A stretch of 64,000 nt of DNA. Origin: Yuukianura sp. NJ FZ-2021. Taxonomy: Eukaryota. Within the stretch, counting starts at the first letter, position 1, and each line of letters starts with the position of its first letter. The position numbers and the translations under genes were made by a program. Under the pieces are notes generated by a model, which saw nothing but the letters and a program-made list of their open reading frames with translations, had not been told where the DNA came from and did not search any database. Below are positions 50,145-62,280 of this stretch, one piece after another. The stretch lies in the NCBI GenBank assembly GCA_046563655.1, contig CM102283.1, forward strand, positions 4,836,001-4,900,000, in the 5' to 3' direction.

Positions 50145-53126
50145 TTACTTAGTCATTTCATTACACGTACATCTTACATTAATTCCCTTGACGGGTTGTA
50201 GTATTATTGACATTGAAGAAGAAACGGGAGAAGAGGCGTCGTGTTCCTTTTCTTGATTATTGCCGCTGCTAGTTTTCAACTTGCCAATGATGACCAGGTT
50301 CACTTGTTCAAGAATCTCCTTCTGTTTGGAATCGTACGGAAGAAAGCATGGCAGTTGATTATGTTCAGCTCTCAAACCCATTTCGTAAAATTCTTCAACT
50401 TTGGCAAACCAGGAAAAGTCCAGCTTTATTTTTGAAGCATGGCCCATTTTACTTTCTTTCACGATCCCCTTCGTATAGTAGTTCTCCTTGAAATGCTGGT
50501 TTGCAATTGCATAGAATGATTCAGGAAGCCTCTTATGATCTTGCGGTGCCAGGTTAATAAATGTTTCATACGCAGAAATAACATCATCTGTACTTGAAGT
50601 CTCACCACATCTCATGTGTACTGCTTTGATGTAGGACAGCTCAACATCATTTGGAAATTGCTTCAATGATTTAACGGATTCACCTAGCCCTTCATCAAAT
50701 TTTTTCAGAAAACAAAGCAAACTTGAATAGAGATGGTGAAATGCAATCTCCTCAGGGTATTTTAGTTTTGAGCACTTAACAAAATGAGTGCATCGTACCA
50801 AATTGTCGAAGTTCATGTAAGCGTAACAGATTCTGGCGTTGCGGTCCAGATCCGAAGTTTCTGTTGGAGGAATTGACTTCAGAACGGTGTCTATAATTTC
50901 GCTTAAATGTTCCCTAAGCCTCAGTGGTAACCGCACCACCGTCTCTTCACGCCGGAAACTCTCGGCAAACTCATAAATCATTTGCTGTTGGAAATTTTGT
51001 GACGACCGTGAGCTCTGATCTACGAGTATGCGCGACCCTCTCCCAAAATGTTTCATTGTTCTTAAAATCGTTCTCGCCGTTTCAGAACGATTTGCAAAGC
51101 TTTCTATTTCGCGGTAATCAAACTTATTTCCTGTGGACGACTGCATTGGAGTTGAGCTGTCTTTTCGACAACGTGAGTAGATATTGTTGCTGGTATCGCT
51201 TAAACGGACGATGTCAGGAGCAATAGCAGCCATCATGTTAGTTGCTCTTTCCTTTAAGTTAAGGCCACGGGAATCGACTCCAGTGATGAACTCATGATTT
51301 GCCACTTCTTTTTCAAGTGCTAAACTATGCATCTCTAGTACTTTTAATTTTGCTTCAAAATCAGCAGCATTAAGTTGGGCGGGAAGGTATTCGTGTTTCA
51401 CTGCGAGGTTAAAGTACTCCCGAGCCTCTTCCGGATCCCCATGATTCAAAAAGCAATTTGCCAAGGTGTGCATTGCACGGACATTGCCTTGTGATGCTGC
51501 TAACTTCAAATAGTGTACTCCCTTTTCAGGATCCAATAAATCTCCCCGCCCAAATAGGTGCATTATCCCTAAATTATTGGACGAGGTATGACAACCAAGA
51601 TCGGATGCTTTCTTATACCAGATAGCAGCCTGATGCCAGTCTTCTTTTACTCCAGTTCCTTCTTGATAGGCTAGCCCAATAGCATGTTGGGCTTCCACAA
51701 CGCCAACGTTTGGAATGTCACCAATCCAAACAGGCTGTGAAGCAGCGTCATGCATCAGGTTGAGTGACATTTCAAAATTTTGTTTTACTCCGTTTCCATG
51801 CATATACATGACTGCTAAGTTATAAATTCCTTCGGCATTACCCAATGCAGCAGCTTTACGGAATAATAACGCTGCCCGATTATAGTCTCCACACTCCAGA
51901 CAGATCAAATGTGCCTGACGGACTTCACTTGTACCCGGTATTAATTTTTCCGTAAGTTTTGATTTGATTTCGGAGAATTGTTTGGCGGCAGCATCGTCTT
52001 TCAAGCCTTTCATAATTCTTATTTTTTGGAGAAACTCTTGTTCAGTAGGTAGCATTTTAAATGGATCAAGGTGCTCCTGCCTTTCATACTCACCAAACTT
52101 CACACGACAAATGTCTCTAGCTGTTATTAGATCTGGTCGAGCAGGACAGAAGCCAAGGGCTGAGTCGTAATATTCCAAGGCTTCGCTAAACTTTTCCAAA
52201 GCCATATACGCGTTTGCGGCGCGAAAGTAACCTCGGTACCAAGTTCTGTTTAAATTCACTGCTTCTTTTGCGTCTTGGAGGGCTAGGTATACGTACTCTA
52301 CATCAATCCGAGTCGTATCTACTTTTGACATTCCAAGATGAGCGGTCGACCGGTTGGAGTACAGAATAGCCAGCTCTGTTGCGGGTAATCCTGGCAGCGA
52401 TATGGCCTTTGTGTACATTTTTACAGCGTCAATGTGCTTACCTTCCCTGTAAGCCGCATTTCCATCCTCTTTTAATTTCTCCGCTTTAGCGATGCTCGCC
52501 ATTGCGTCTGGCTGTGACACATCTTCCACCAATTCGTTGACGTCAGCAATACAGCCTCCAAAAAATTCTAAAACTGGTACTGCTTTCTCCCACCAAGTTT
52601 GGAACAAGTCATCTTCAATGTGCATGGAAGGATGATGGTATAAGAAATTTCTGACTTGCTTTATGACCTCAAACATTTGGCGCTCCTCCTTGAGTCTTGA
52701 ATCGTTCGCCCACCTTTTAACACGTATGCGAAGTAATACATCAATTAACAGGGGTGTATCCCAGCGATTTACATCTCCTGAGTCAAGTGCCTCTTTCTGG
52801 ATGACCATTGAGTTCTTATAAAGTTTTTTTCCGCGTCCTTTGATGAATAGGGTTGCGGTTTGAGTGGTCCAATCTTGGCCAATCTCATCTCTCCATCGTT
52901 GCAAGAATAATGCTCGAAGATACTCATTCACTATGTGCAGCAAATTGCGGATCTTTGTGAAGTTTGACTGCTCGTTCTAACGTACACGAAGTAAGTACGG
53001 GTTAATCATTTTTATTTTTTTTAGTTGTGTTTTTATTTGACAATTTGGCAAGGTTTAAGAATTGATAAATTTACCATTTCTTTATGCTTCCACGTTTGAA
53101 AAATATGTAATTGAGAAGCTTACCAT
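50145..53126 (-). CDS. DZIP3-type HEPN domain + TPR + Sel1 repeats + TPR-like protein; ~2.8-kb exon after an ATG-only coding exon (ATG at 53126 or 53077)
   Basis: N-terminal WDTPLLIDVLL...IKQVRNFLYHH (R-x4-H). TPR: LKEDGNAAYREG...LYSNRS. Sel1: GNAEGIYNLAVMYMHGNGVKQN, AQHAIGLAYQEGTGVKED. The acceptor near 52978 extends the ORF in phase 0. Confidence 0.85.
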
Positions 53127-53859
53127 CGTTCCTTATTTCTGGTATGGTATACTCAAACTTCGATCAGGTTACTGTCGCTTTTCGTGTCCTTTCTTTCTGT
53201 CCGTGGCCGAAGACAATAATTCCAACAGAAAAACTAATTCGGAATATATATCGATGTTATGCTCGCAAATGCAATACGAAAAACACTCGAAACTCTATTT
53301 TTCTCCAATCGAAGTAATTTAGTTTGCTAAAAAGATAAAAAAAAGATTAGATAAAAGGTTGTGAACATGGGTTCTAATAGGATTCAATGTAATACGGTCG
53401 AAATCATTTGGTCGCAAGTAATAAGGTCGGAAATAAGGCTTAAATGTGAAAAGATCACAGGTAAATGGGTTAAAATGTAAAAAAAAATCGGAATATAAAA
53501 ATGCCGGAAAGTGTAGTAAAAGTAAATCTTTAGCCGAAATCTGAAGTAAAATGGTAGCAACAGTGTAGTAGCAGAAACATTTCAATGTATAGAAACAACA
53601 AAAATGCGATTCAGGAAAAAAGATTCAGGAATGTCAAAATTTGATAATTTTTGAAAAGCCTAACCATTATTGTTATTAAATTTAATAATCTAACCTGCGC
53701 GGAGACACAGCACATAATTCTTACTATAACTACTGATTATACAATGGAAATTCACATTGTTAATCTAATCACAACCTTAATTAACCCAATGTTAGGAAGG
53801 ACGGGTAACCCCCAAAAAGAGTTTCAGATTCGGAATCTACGCCAACGAATATATATGTA

Positions 53860-54989
53860 TCTACTTATATAAAATCGAGACCCTGTTTATCTGTGTGTGT
53901 GTGTGTTCCACTACTCCTCCAAAACTACTGAACCGATTTTGACAAATGAGGTGTCCTTTTCATCGTGAGGTCACCCCGAAGAGAATAGGCTATGTGCCAT
54001 CTTGACCTTTGACCTTTGACCTTTGACCCAGAGCGATAACCTCACAAAATCATACCAAACACAGGCAAGTGACATATCATTCGAAAGCAGAGGCCAAATG
54101 CAGTCGATTGATGCATGACACATTGACCTGTGACCTTTGACCCTTGACCCAGAACGGTGACCTCATATAGAATTAAGCGGAACATAGGCATGTTGTATAT
54201 CGTTCGAAAGAGGAGGTTCAAAGGAGTTGATTGCCGTAGTTCACGATGACCTGTGACCCTTGAACCTTGACCCATCTACTTATATAAAATCGAGACCCTG
54301 TTTAATTGTGTGTCTGTTCTTCTACTCCTCAAAAATTGCTAAACCGATTTGGACAAATGAGTTGTGATTTTTTTCGTGAGGTCACCCCGAAGACCCTAGG
54401 CTATGTCGCCCGTGACCTTTGACCCTTGACTCAGCGTCATCACCTCATAAAATCATACCAAACACAGGCAAGTGACATATCATTCGAAAGCAGAAGTCAA
54501 ATGCAGTCGATTGATGTATCGCATTATGACCTGTGACCTTTGACCTCTGACCTTTCGCGATGACCTCACATAAACTCAAACGAAAAATAGGCATGCCATT
54601 ATAATATCATTCGAATGAGGAATATCATTCGAATGGAGAGGTCCAATGCAGTCGATTCGTGTATGACACGATGACCTGTGGCCTTTCACCATCGGCATAT
54701 CGCGGTGACCTGACATAAACTCAAATAGGCGTGTGAGGCGCGGCATGGAGGGATGTGAACTTTGGGCTTTGACTTCCCCTGTAGCGGGTTCCCAAAGTGG
54801 TAGCGGGATCCCCAAATTGGTAGCAAGTTCCCAAAGTGGTAGGGGTGCCCAAAGTCATAGTGGGTTCCCAAAATTGGTAGCGGGTGCCCAAAGTGGTAGT
54901 GTGTTCCGTAAATTGATGTTTTCCTATGTGTGTTCTCATACACTACCACAAGAGCTAGCCCCGCTTTCAGAAGCGGGTATTCTACCTTG
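53860..54989 (+). mobile_element. Non-autonomous Helitron with a duplicated 5' module and an internal minisatellite
   Basis: A|TC start (tctacttatataaaatcgagaccc) followed by (gt)n. The 5' module repeats at 54275. A 3' hairpin cccgctt-tcag-aagcggg precedes cttg|t. No TSD. Confidence 0.8.
54780..54900. repeat. 19-bp minisatellite, about 6 copies, inside the Helitron
   Basis: Tandem ggtagcggg(t/a)(t/g)cccaaa(g/t)t-like units. Confidence 0.9.
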
Positions 54990-56367
54990 TATATACATAT
55001 AATTTAATACATACTAAAAACTCCCAGCGTCCTTTTTCGACCATTTTAATTCCAATCTATTCACTTTTCGTCCTTTTTATATTCCGATCTTTTTACATGG
55101 CCAATATTTTCCTTCCGATCTTTTCAATTTTCGGCATTTCTACTTCCGACGGTATTACATGTGACCTTACTACTTGCGACAATATTTCTACCATATTACG
55201 CGCTACGTTTAATACTAGGTAAAAACAAATAAAGTCGAAAAATAAACGTAATGAAAAAAAACGTGTGTCGAGTTGTTATGAACTTTTCCAGAAACGATGT
55301 TAACAAGAACGATAAGAGGTCATTAAACTCGTAAATCATGATTTAGACGAGAAACATAATGACCAAAAGGTAATCAGAAAAGGGCAATTAGCAAATCGAA
55401 TTGAATCAAGTATGATTATTTTTTCGGTTAGAACTGAAAATTTGGTGTTTCACGAAACGGACGAGTATTTTTGGTAATTTTTCAATTTCTTAAGCGTCCA
55501 GAATTCGTGGGAATCAACACGTACGACGCATGATTGAGGTTGGAATTAAAGGTTAGGTTAGTAGTAGAAATTACATCCTGAAAAGAAAATAGCGATAAGT
55601 TTAATAATATGCAATTCAAGGTTTCAAGTGTTAATCCTTCTTTCCGCTTCTATCTTTATTTAAAATTTTTTGATTTTTTTTTCTGTTTGTGTTGGAAATG
55701 ATTTATGCTTATGTACTAATTCATTTATGCGTAATCGTGTGTTCCAGAAGTCCGTTTTATGCTTCAGGTGAAATTTGAAAATGCAACCCAAATTAGAAAT
55801 TGATTTTTTGATGTTGCTGGTATGCTGGTTTTGTTTTGTGAGTCATGTGGATTATGAACTCCTATCTCCGGAAAAAATGCTTGCGTCGACAGGGCATGCA
55901 CAGATTCAAACTGTACACCGTTAACAATTAAGCAACATTATTTCAGTGCAGTGCCTTCGACCATCACAATTGCAAACATAATTTTAACTGTGGTGTAATA
56001 TGCATACAAAGAAAATGTGCAAGGATTTCTAAACAACAAATCTGTATGCTTTAAATCAGGTAAATTCCCGAACTATTAACCTTAGCTAAAAAATGATGCT
56101 TGACAATTCAGCATAGGAATGCCGTAGAAGAATGACACAGAATATATCAAAGTTGGGGTTAACTTGAACTTGGACTCTTACTAAAATTTAAGAAAAGTTC
56201 TTTTTCGTGTTGACGTATTTTGTAAAAGAAATAAATTTATTTGAAACTGTGAGTGGCATTGAATCATTAAATGGCATGCGCTACACTTTGCTGTTAATTA
56301 CCTAAATATTTTGACCGTAATCGAAACGATTAAAATTTTCGCGGAGCAACTATTTACTTTACTATCC

Positions 56368-57545
56368 TGGAGGGATATCGGTTGCAAAATTATTTTACAT
56401 TTTCGCGCTTTTAAAAACGTTCCGCCACTTCAAAATGACGCTATCCCCACATTAAAGTAATGCGCCAAACTTTTTTTTAATTGCACCAGCATTTATTGCA
56501 GAAAAGTTAACTGAAAAAAAATTTAAACAGGAAAAGGTCTAAACGAACAGTAAAATAAACGTGCGCTTAGAAAATCGTACGCTTAATACCTATTGGCAAC
56601 AAAAAACTAAGTGTACAGTAAAGCCAGTGTACGCTTAGGCTAAATGTTACTCTTAGAATATAGGGCAGTGTTAGCTTTCCCCCGAGAATTCGTTCATTAC
56701 TCCAAATGTTAGGGGTTATCCCGAAATTCCACGCGGGAAACTTCACTTTTAATTGGCGGAAATTTTTGGGTGCACGCCATTGCATCAATTGAATTGTGTC
56801 AACGACAATTGTATCAATTGAATTGTATCAATTTGAATTGCATCAACGGCTAATTGTATCAACGAGCCAATTGTATCAACTGGAGAATTGTGTCAACTGG
56901 CGAATTGTATCAACTATGAAATTGTATCAACTGGGCAATTGTATCAACTGGGCAATTGTATCAACTGGGAAATTGTGTCAACGGGTAAATTATGCTTCAA
57001 ATTTTTATTTAGTAAAAACAGACTTCATTAATTTTTTTTCTAGTCAACTAACTTAATACTCAAACTTTGTTCTATAAAAGAAAACTGTTTAATTTGATTT
57101 TTTTTCGGTTAGGTTTCTAATATTAAGGTAAAGTTTTTTAGGTTACAATTTAGTTTTGATTTAGTTTCAGTGCTTTCAAGTGGTTGAGGTATTACACTGT
57201 GCTACTGCAGCGTAAAATTTTTGTTTTATTTTATAGAAAAATGTTTGAGTTTGACTAGAAAAAAAATTAATGAAGTCTGTTTTACTAAATAAAAATTTGA
57301 AGCATAATTTACCCGTTGACACAATTTCCCAGTTGATACAATTGCCAAGTTGATACAATTTCATAGTTGATACAATTCACCAGTTGATACAATTGGCTCA
57401 TTGATACAATTAGCCGTTGATGCAATTCAAATTGATACAATTCAATTGATGCAATTGTCGTTGACACAATTCAATTGATGCAATGGCATGGAACCAAATT
57501 TTTAAAGCGCGAAAATGTAACAATTATGCAACCGAAATCCCTCCA
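56368..57545. mobile_element. Older MITE whose right TIR is split by the 56768-57495 element
   Basis: tggagggatatcggttgcaaaattattttacattttcgcgcttttaaaaacgttccgcca matches the reverse complement of 57496-57545 joined to 56748-56767. A third related end lies at ~57630-57695. Confidence 0.75.
56768..57495. mobile_element. 728-bp foldback element with ~300-bp modular TIRs and 8-bp TSD
   Basis: The arms are built of aattgtatcaac subrepeats and are near mirror images. aaattttt flanks both sides (56760-56767, 57496-57503). Termini start with GG. Confidence 0.92.
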
Positions 57546-58011
57546 CATATGCTTAGACTTTTTTCCGTTCAAAATTTGTCTGCAGTATACTGTAATTAAA
57601 AAAGTTTTAACGCATTACTATGTCGCGCGTTAATTGGCGGAACGTTTGTTAAGGTGCGGAAATGGAAAGTAGTTTTGCAAGTGATATTCTTCCATAGAGG
57701 ACCCCGTCGCGATTCAAGAGTGTAACGGTACCTTTAGCGGTACTTCAACTGCCATTCTTGGTCTATTCAAGAGTGCCTATGTTTTGTTCAAAAAACAAAG
57801 TTATCTGTCATCGCTAGAAAAGGATCTTAACGAATTTGTATAGCAAGGAAAGAAAAACAAGAAACTAAGGCTATGTAACTGTAATTTTGGACAGTCATAA
57901 TAAAAGCAGAGTCCTTGTTGTTCGTATCATTCAGGCTCACTTTAAATCTTTCTGTCCTTAGCGTCATCGAATTCTGGTTTGCGTATTTACACTCGGAGCT
58001 TCCGTATTACA

Positions 58012-59974
58012 ATGAGGGTGACTGTGATTTTGATTCTTAGCGCAGCAATGTGTCTTGGTGAAAGCCTACCTTATGGTGGGAATACAGATACAGAAAAAAG
58101 TTTGGAGAAAAGCGAATCAACTGAACACGAATTTATCGAATTGGGATACGGTGAACGAACTACCAGAATCCGAGCTGTAAGCAAAGGTGAGATTAATATT
58201 ATTATTTTTGCGTAGTATTTCATAATAGTTCAAGACATATGTGTGTCTCACTATTGCATGTAAGCTTATGATAAACTTATCCTTGAACTGGAGATTTTCA
58301 TGGAGAAACATAGCTAAGTAGCAAGTCGTAGCAAAACCCTATTATAAATTAGAACTGCCGTACCTCCGCTGTCGTTATGTTATGTTTTCGCTGTCCTCAA
58401 AACTCGAATTTCATCCGTAAACAGAAGTACAAACACGAGTCCAAAACTCCTAACTTTAGACGAGCATGAGGACGACGCCTACGACCGCGTCAAGACTATG
58501 ACATAAAAACTATTGTGTTTCCGCTGACAACGTATAGACTTCAGGAGAGCGGAAAAACGGCTACCGCTGCTTCCCGGCGAGTGTAATGAATTCGAGACTC
58601 ATCTAACCTATGACCTAACCTTAGGGAGCTGTCTTGAATAACCTCTAACTCTACGACAAGTTTGTGCTACTAGGGATATTGGAATATAATATCAGGAGCT
58701 TGTACATACTTGCATATTTTAAACAGTGTTGGTGTATGGATAAATTATTTCCTCTACCAACATCAAATGCGGTGGAAGTATCTGGAAATATCCGTTTATA
58801 TCCAATTTACCCATGATTTCTTCTGGATAAACCGGATGGAATATATTATCCACTGGATAACCGCTGGATATCCACTGGACGAAACGTCGAAATAGTGGAA
58901 ATCCACGAACACTGATTTTAAATATATGATTTACTCTTTATTCTTAGCTGGCCATGACGCTATTAAAGCGGAACTGGATGGGGGAACAAAACCCAAAATT
59001 GTGGGAAGACCAGAAGGTAAGTTTGAAAATTTTACCTTAATATTATGTGCAATTTGCTTGTGTAACAGAAATGTTACACGAAATTGTCACCCCTCATTAG
59101 TACCAGCATTAATATAGCGTAGGTTTACTCCACGTAATTTGAATTCGACACTATCGTCGAGCTGACAATAGAAAATAGTTTTCCGCCTTCTGGCGTGTAT
59201 CCATTGAATCGATGAACCAATCCCGTGCAGCCTATTCGGGTGTGTGCAGTACAGCCATGCCAAAGACTCCCAGTCAATGGCTACGCGTTTACCACCAGCT
59301 AATTTTTTAAATCTAAAATATTTCGCAGTATTATGATGTTCGTTTTTTAAATACAGCTGACATAAAGCTATACAATACAATCTACAATTATCGTACAGAT
59401 TTTCCAACTTTCACGCGACCTTTTTTTGCAATTGCTTTCAGATTGGCAAATAGCAGGAAATTCGTCAAAAAAGTTTAAGCTGTCTAGGGTCCCCTTTACC
59501 TATATTGAAGCTACTGCCGCCTTGTATCCAATTGAAGAGAAATGCTTTGATTCATTTGGCGTCTGTCCAGAAGGGTGTACTCGTACAGACAATAGTGAAA
59601 AGCAATATTGTTTTAGTTGCCAATGTTCTGGAGTAAAGGTGACGAACCACACTTGGACATGCCTACCGGAAGGATGTCCTGACAATTGCATTCAACTTGA
59701 GACTCAGCGCTACGCGAATTGTCCTTTCTGTAGTTGCAAGTCTCCGTTTACCAAGACCACGGAGAAATGTTGGAACGGTCCCGTTTGTCCTGACGCCTGT
59801 ATTTTGAGAACAGACGGAAGCCATAAACCAGGCTGTTGGTCCTGCCATTGTCTGGGATATAGTAAATCAAAAATAGTGGCCCAATGCGACGGGTGTATTT
59901 TTAGCGTAAACGCTTGGGCTGTGGTACTTCAGGAGAACGTTCGTGAACCATTGATATTTAAGTGGACAACATGA
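58012..59974 (+). CDS. Secreted Cys-rich protein, isoform A: join(58012-58186,58948-59016,59442-59974), antistasin-like repeats
   Basis: Signal peptide MRVTVILILSAAMCLG. Both introns are phase 1. Three C..C-P-xx-C...CxxCxC modules. Confidence 0.75.
58724..58914. mobile_element. hAT-like MITE with CAGTGTT termini and 8-bp TSD, in intron 1 of the Cys-rich gene
   Basis: cagtgtt...aacactg with attttaaa on both sides (58716-58723, 58915-58922). Internal tggata/tatcca repeats. Confidence 0.88.
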
Positions 59975-60477
59975 TCAAGCTACAATAAAACTGTTACGTT
60001 TCTTTTAAAACATGGCTTGCCATTCCCAGAGAAGTTTCCGTTTTCTCCCAATTTTCTCTTCCATATTATTACCCAGCACGGATGAGTAATCAGCCTGCCG
60101 GGGCAGGTAGATAGGCCAAACCCATGTACCCCCGCGTAATGCGTTTTTATAAGTAGGTTTAGATATGGAACCAATCAGGCTCTATGAGTCTGAATCCAAC
60201 AGCCAATCAAATCGTACGAGTCTGAGTCTGTATATCCCCATATATCAGGTGATGGCGGGAAGAGAAATCACTCCACATTACACCTAGGCTATATCAGTGA
60301 TCACCCCATATTCCAAAATCCCACTCCACTCGGTGAAACTCGTGAGGCCGAGTAAACATCGGAGAAGGGGGGGAGCTGAGGGGAAGAGAAAGTTTTCATT
60401 AACACCTTTCTCCACCCTTTGGCGGTTCAATGAGGATGCTTTCTTCAATGATTACCCAGAAGAGAAGTGTACGCCAT

Positions 60478-60623
60478 AGGCCATATGTGCTCAAATGAAT
60501 TGGTTCTAAAGGAGAATAGTTTCTAAAAAGTTTGTTTCTAAAATCTCAAAGCTAGGGTTTTAGAAGTAATTTTTAGAAACTTTTCGGTCAGAAACAATTC
60601 ATGTGAAACAATGGCATGGAACC
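60478..60623. mobile_element. Short degenerate palindromic MITE sharing its terminus with the 56768-57495 foldback
   Basis: Ends in caatggcatggaacc, identical to 57481-57495. tcaaatgaattggttct is an imperfect inverse of agaaacaattcatgtga. Confidence 0.5.
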
Positions 60624-61040
60624 ACCGAAAAGTAGCTGATTCCAGCATAACCTATGGTCGAAAGTTACCTAGTAATTTACTTAAGCTCTCTTATGCCTTA
60701 CATGTAGTTTTTTTTAAATTATTTTAAAGAACATTTGCAAAATCTCATCATATCAGCAATGAGGGAGGAAGACAACATACTCATGGCTCCAGCAACACGT
60801 AATAAAAAAAAATAGCTTACATATAAAATATTAAAACGAAAGTAAAAAAAAAAATAATGCTATCTGCATTTAAAGAATGTATCTCATTTCGGCAAACTGA
60901 AAGAGAAGGAGGATAGTTTACTTTTTTGTCTATTGCTTTATTTAGAAATGCCTCTTTCAATATATTTCTAACAATTTTTAATCAATTTAAATTAATTAAT
61001 TTAAACACTTAAATCAACTTTTCGTAATATTTATTTGCAG

Positions 61041-61525
61041 AACTGCAAATCTCAAACCGTCTTACAGAGAATTTGAAAGCTATTCCATTGCATTTTAGTG
61101 CAACTTCAAGCTATGTTTATCAAGCTCACGAAATAATTTGTTATCCCGGGTTTGGTGTTTGTCCAAATAACTGCATCGTGACGAACTATACTAATCCTGA
61201 CAACTGCTTTACTTGCAACTGCTCTGCAGTTGTTATTACGTACTCCGAGTTCCCAGGCGAAGACGGTAGCTGCGGGTTGAAGTGTAAATTGACTGACCGA
61301 ATTGAAGGAACTGGCGGCATGTGCCGCTGCACCGTTACTCTTGCTCGTGCATATGAAACAAGAAAATGCTTGCCAATGCTGTCATGTGCCAGTGGTTGTT
61401 GGCCAACAGAACCGGCGACACCAGGATGCCTCCGATGCACATGCAGGACAACGACGCTTGAAGTGGAAAGTCTCCCTGATGCTATTTACAGCATTGGTGC
61501 ATGGCGAATAACAGAAGTTGACTAA
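61041..61525 (+). CDS. Paralogous Cys-rich terminal exon, probable isoform B of the 58012 gene
   Basis: The ttgcag acceptor opens in phase 1. CYPGFGVCPNNC...CFTCNCS parallels CFDSFGVCPEGC...CFSCQCS, and IYSIGAW parallels IFSVNAW. No signal-peptide exon of its own was found. Confidence 0.72.
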
Positions 61526-62280
61526 TGTTTTAATTTGTAAAGTGGAATTTATATAAATTCAAAATTTCGAGATTGAGCTTTTTCAGTAAGCTGAAACTTT
61601 ATAGTGTCAAATTTAATATTAAATATTGGTCTCGCGCTTTCGTTTCTTATCTCTCGGAATAACAAAAGTTCTTTCAATGCATTTCAATCGACGATTTAAT
61701 AGAAGGTTTTGAGCATTGTTAATTTCAAAACTTTATGATCCACTAGCAATTTTATGTACTTCTATGTTAAAATATTTTTAGATATCACAAATTGAAATTC
61801 TCGAGTGACTTAGAACGCTCAAGAGTTACAGACCTTTGTTATTATAATTATTTGAGACTGGTATTATTATCTATATCTATCGATGAAAATTAAAAATCAA
61901 ACTTTCATCATAGTACTTCAGGAGCAATTTGGATAAACTAAAAAATGCTGGAACATAACTCATCAGTCGCAATCGCAAGATCAATCGCCGCTTGGTAGCT
62001 TGATACCGCGACCTTTCGCATGCGGCTGGGTTGAGTTAAGTTGCGACCACCATTTACTATCATTAGAAATTGTAACTCTTGACTTGACATTAAAACTTGT
62101 GTGCCAAATCAAAAAAACAACTAATTTTACTAACGAAACGGTACGACTCGACTTATATAGGTTTGACGTAGGACCATGGATGACGGTAGTTTCAGAATGT
62201 TTTAAGCAGGAAGATTGTTCTAATACCGGATTAATTATAACGTCCAGAGGATAGATTGCCAGCAGTGCCATCCAGTCTCA

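Larger units (their letters stand above)
53389..55199. mobile_element. Old foldback/MITE-like element with long degenerate inverted arms, hosting the Helitron
   Basis: Left gtaatacggtcgaaatcatttggtcgcaagtaataaggtc versus reverse complement of right gtaatatggtagaaatattgtcgcaagtagtaaggtc. Both arms also share aaa(g/a)atcggaatataaaaa. Confidence 0.6.

Noticed and set aside
58338-58600. Second Helitron-like fragment (ctattataaa...tgttatgtt...tcctcaaaact)
   Set aside because: Only a general resemblance; no clear TC start or hairpin-CTRR end.
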